Source: Camelus dromedarius
Taxonomy: Eukaryota
NCBI RefSeq assembly: GCF_036321535.1
Contig: NC_087437.1
Coordinates: 39,930,001 to 39,994,000, forward strand
DNA: 64,000 nucleotides
Direction of reading: 5' to 3'
Shown: in pieces, positions 61,961-64,000 of the stretch
How the letters are laid out: each line of letters starts with the position of its first letter
Position numbering within the stretch: the first letter of the stretch is position 1
Position numbers and translations under genes: made by a program
Notes under the pieces: generated by a model
What the model was told of the DNA's origin: nothing
The model's database searches: none
The model's input: the letters and a program-made list of their open reading frames with translations, nothing else

Positions 61961-63671
61961 ACAGGTCAGATCATACCACTTTCCTCAGAGCTCTCAGAAC
62001 AGAGACCCATGTCCTCAGTAAGACCTTCAAGGTCCTGCATATCCTGGTCCCCTCTCCCCAGTCAGATCCTGTCCCCCTCACCTTCAGCTCCTTCCTTTGG
62101 CAGCTTCTGACTTTAGAGCTTTGCACATAGTGTTCTGTCTGCCGGGAATGCTCTCCACCACCCCCAACCTTCAGAGCTCACCTTCTATACCTCTCAAACT
62201 GTTTCTGCCCTCTCCATCACACTCTCACCTGGCACTCACCTTGTACTTGTCCTGCAGCTGACATACCAGATCTCTTAGCATGCTTATAATTATTTGACTA
62301 ATTGTGCTGTTAACATTTTATATCTAGAGACCATATCTGCCTTGTTCACTGCTTTGTCTCCAATGCCAAACACCAAGTGACTTGCACATAAAAGGCATTT
62401 TATGTTCTAATAACATTCTGGTCAATGGTTGACTTCTCCTGTTATTAATTAGCTTCTCCCCTCCATTCATTTCCTCCTCTCCCTTCACTGCCAGATTTCT
62501 TTAAAGACTAGTCTACACTGTCTGCCCCAGTTCCACCCCAATTCAATTGTCAGCCCACTAAAGTCTGGAGTCTTCAAGTACCACTCCAGTAAAACTGTTA
62601 GTGCCAAAGTTCGCCAGCAAAAGCTGATGATCTTATGGGCCTTTTTTAGATTTCCTCCTACTAAACATTTCTGTGACATTTGACACTATGGACAATTCCC
62701 TCCTGTTTCCTTTATGCAGAAATGTAATGAGTAGCTACTCAGCTCCTGAACTTGTGATTAGAACAGGGTCCCTTCTCACACTGAGCCCAGTGAGAGTCAA
62801 ATCAGTAATCACAAGTAGGCAACTAAGCTATGCAAGTGCTATGAAGAAAAAGCAGAGGGCCAGAAGGGTGGAAAAGGCAGAGATTCTAAAGTTGCCCTCC
62901 TATTTCCCTCTGACTGTGCTCTTTTCGCTTCCACGGCTGAATGCTCCTCTGCGTGTCCCATAAACACTTGCATGCCAGGGCTCCATTCTTATCACACTGC
63001 CTTTCCCATGCACACTCTCCCTCTTCCTGTACTCTGCAGGTCCAAGAACTCCCAAAGCCATATCTTCAGGCTTAATTTACCAACCACCTCTTGGCTATCT
63101 CCTGGATGTTCTACAGGCACCTAAAATGGTGCATTCCAAAACAAACTCAGCATCTTCCCCCAGTCCTTCTGCTGTTGCCTCTCTCACAAGTCACCTAAAC
63201 TAGAAAACAAACACCCCTGAGATTTTTCTCTCCATTTCCCTCACCCTCACAGCAATCAGAGAGTTGTCACAATTCTGCCTTCTAAGCATCTTGTAATTTG
63301 ACCTGTTCTCCATACCCAGTGCCACTACTTTTGTTCAGACATTCATCATCCTTCTCCTGCATTACTGCTGTGGCCTCCTCCCTGGACCCCTGCCTCCAAT
63401 CTCCCCCTACTCTGATCATTTGCTCTGCTGCCACCCAGATTTAATATGGTCATGTCGTTGCTCTGCTTAAAAGTCTCCAGTGCCTTTAAGATATAGTCCA
63501 CATTTATTAGCTTCATAATCAGATTTTGCCTACCTCTCCTGGCTTGTTTTTTTTTTTCGCTCATTCATCCCACAAAATATGTATTGAGCACTATTTTAGA
63601 CACAGGGGATAAAGCAGAAAACACTGCTATATTTTCATCAAGCCTCACACTCAGGTGCTATAATACACATA

Positions 63672-63713
<42 letters not shown>
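63672..63713 (+). repeat. (CA)n/(CG)n alternating purine-pyrimidine microsatellite
   Basis: ACACACGCGCGCGCACACAC... Confidence 0.95.
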
Positions 63714-63715
<2 letters not shown>

Positions 63716-64000
63716 GGTTTCCAGCAACTTGAAATCTCTCATCATTTTCTCCATGACCCATGTTCTTTCAGGCTTTCACATAATACCTCTACTGGCTGAA
63801 AGACTCTTTTCCTTCCTCTCAGACATATTTGCACTCCCTATAGACTCAACACTCAAATTTAACCTCCATGAAGCCTACAGGAATTCCTCGGGCAGAGTTA
63901 GACACACTCCCCTCTCTCCAAGTCGCACTGCTTTGAACACAATGTCTTTCACACAGACTTCTTTTTTACACGTCTGTCTCCATCATTAACCGTTGAGTCT

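Larger units (their letters stand above)
61710..64000 (+). mobile_element. Cluster of L2 fragments
   Basis: CTTTGCACATAGTGTTC..CTGCCGGGAATGCTCT; CATTTGACACT..GGAC..TTCCCTCC; ATCTCCTGGATGTTCTACAGGCACCTAAA; CTCTGCTTAAAAGTCTCCAGTG. Confidence 0.7.

Noticed and set aside
1..64000. CRISPR arrays, operons or other prokaryotic systems; naming a host gene
   Set aside because: The sequence is mammalian with no regularly spaced repeats, and no intact exon allowed identification of a host or neighbouring gene.

Overview
Mammalian (non-microbial) genomic DNA, most likely camelid. The evidence is a young tRNA-derived SINE with perfect TSDs at 61805-61960 and young L1 3' tails of a type I associate with camel/alpaca. 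No intact protein-coding gene is recognisable; almost all ORFs in the track are chance ORFs, microsatellite translations or L1 remnants. The window is rich in old repeats (L1, L2, MIR, CR1/L3, MaLR LTRs, MER5/MER53) and contains several repeat-free, motif-dense blocks that look like conserved developmental enhancers. The main find is in the first 22 kb. Manual minus-strand translation reveals a chain of about 12-14 decayed exons with recognisable GT-AG boundaries, several of them phase-compatible. They appear to encode a type II membrane/secretory protein: an N-terminal signal anchor, a VLK/PKDCC-like kinase domain, repeated Cys modules resembling the PKDCC C-terminus, a possible filamin-like domain and a long unknown C-terminal region that runs off the left edge. 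This looks like an unannotated unitary pseudogene (a lost gene). The family assignment comes from by-eye comparison with remembered sequences and needs a homology search. Also notable are a 131-bp, ~98%-identical inverted duplication 7 kb apart and several tiny TSD-flanked retro-insertions.
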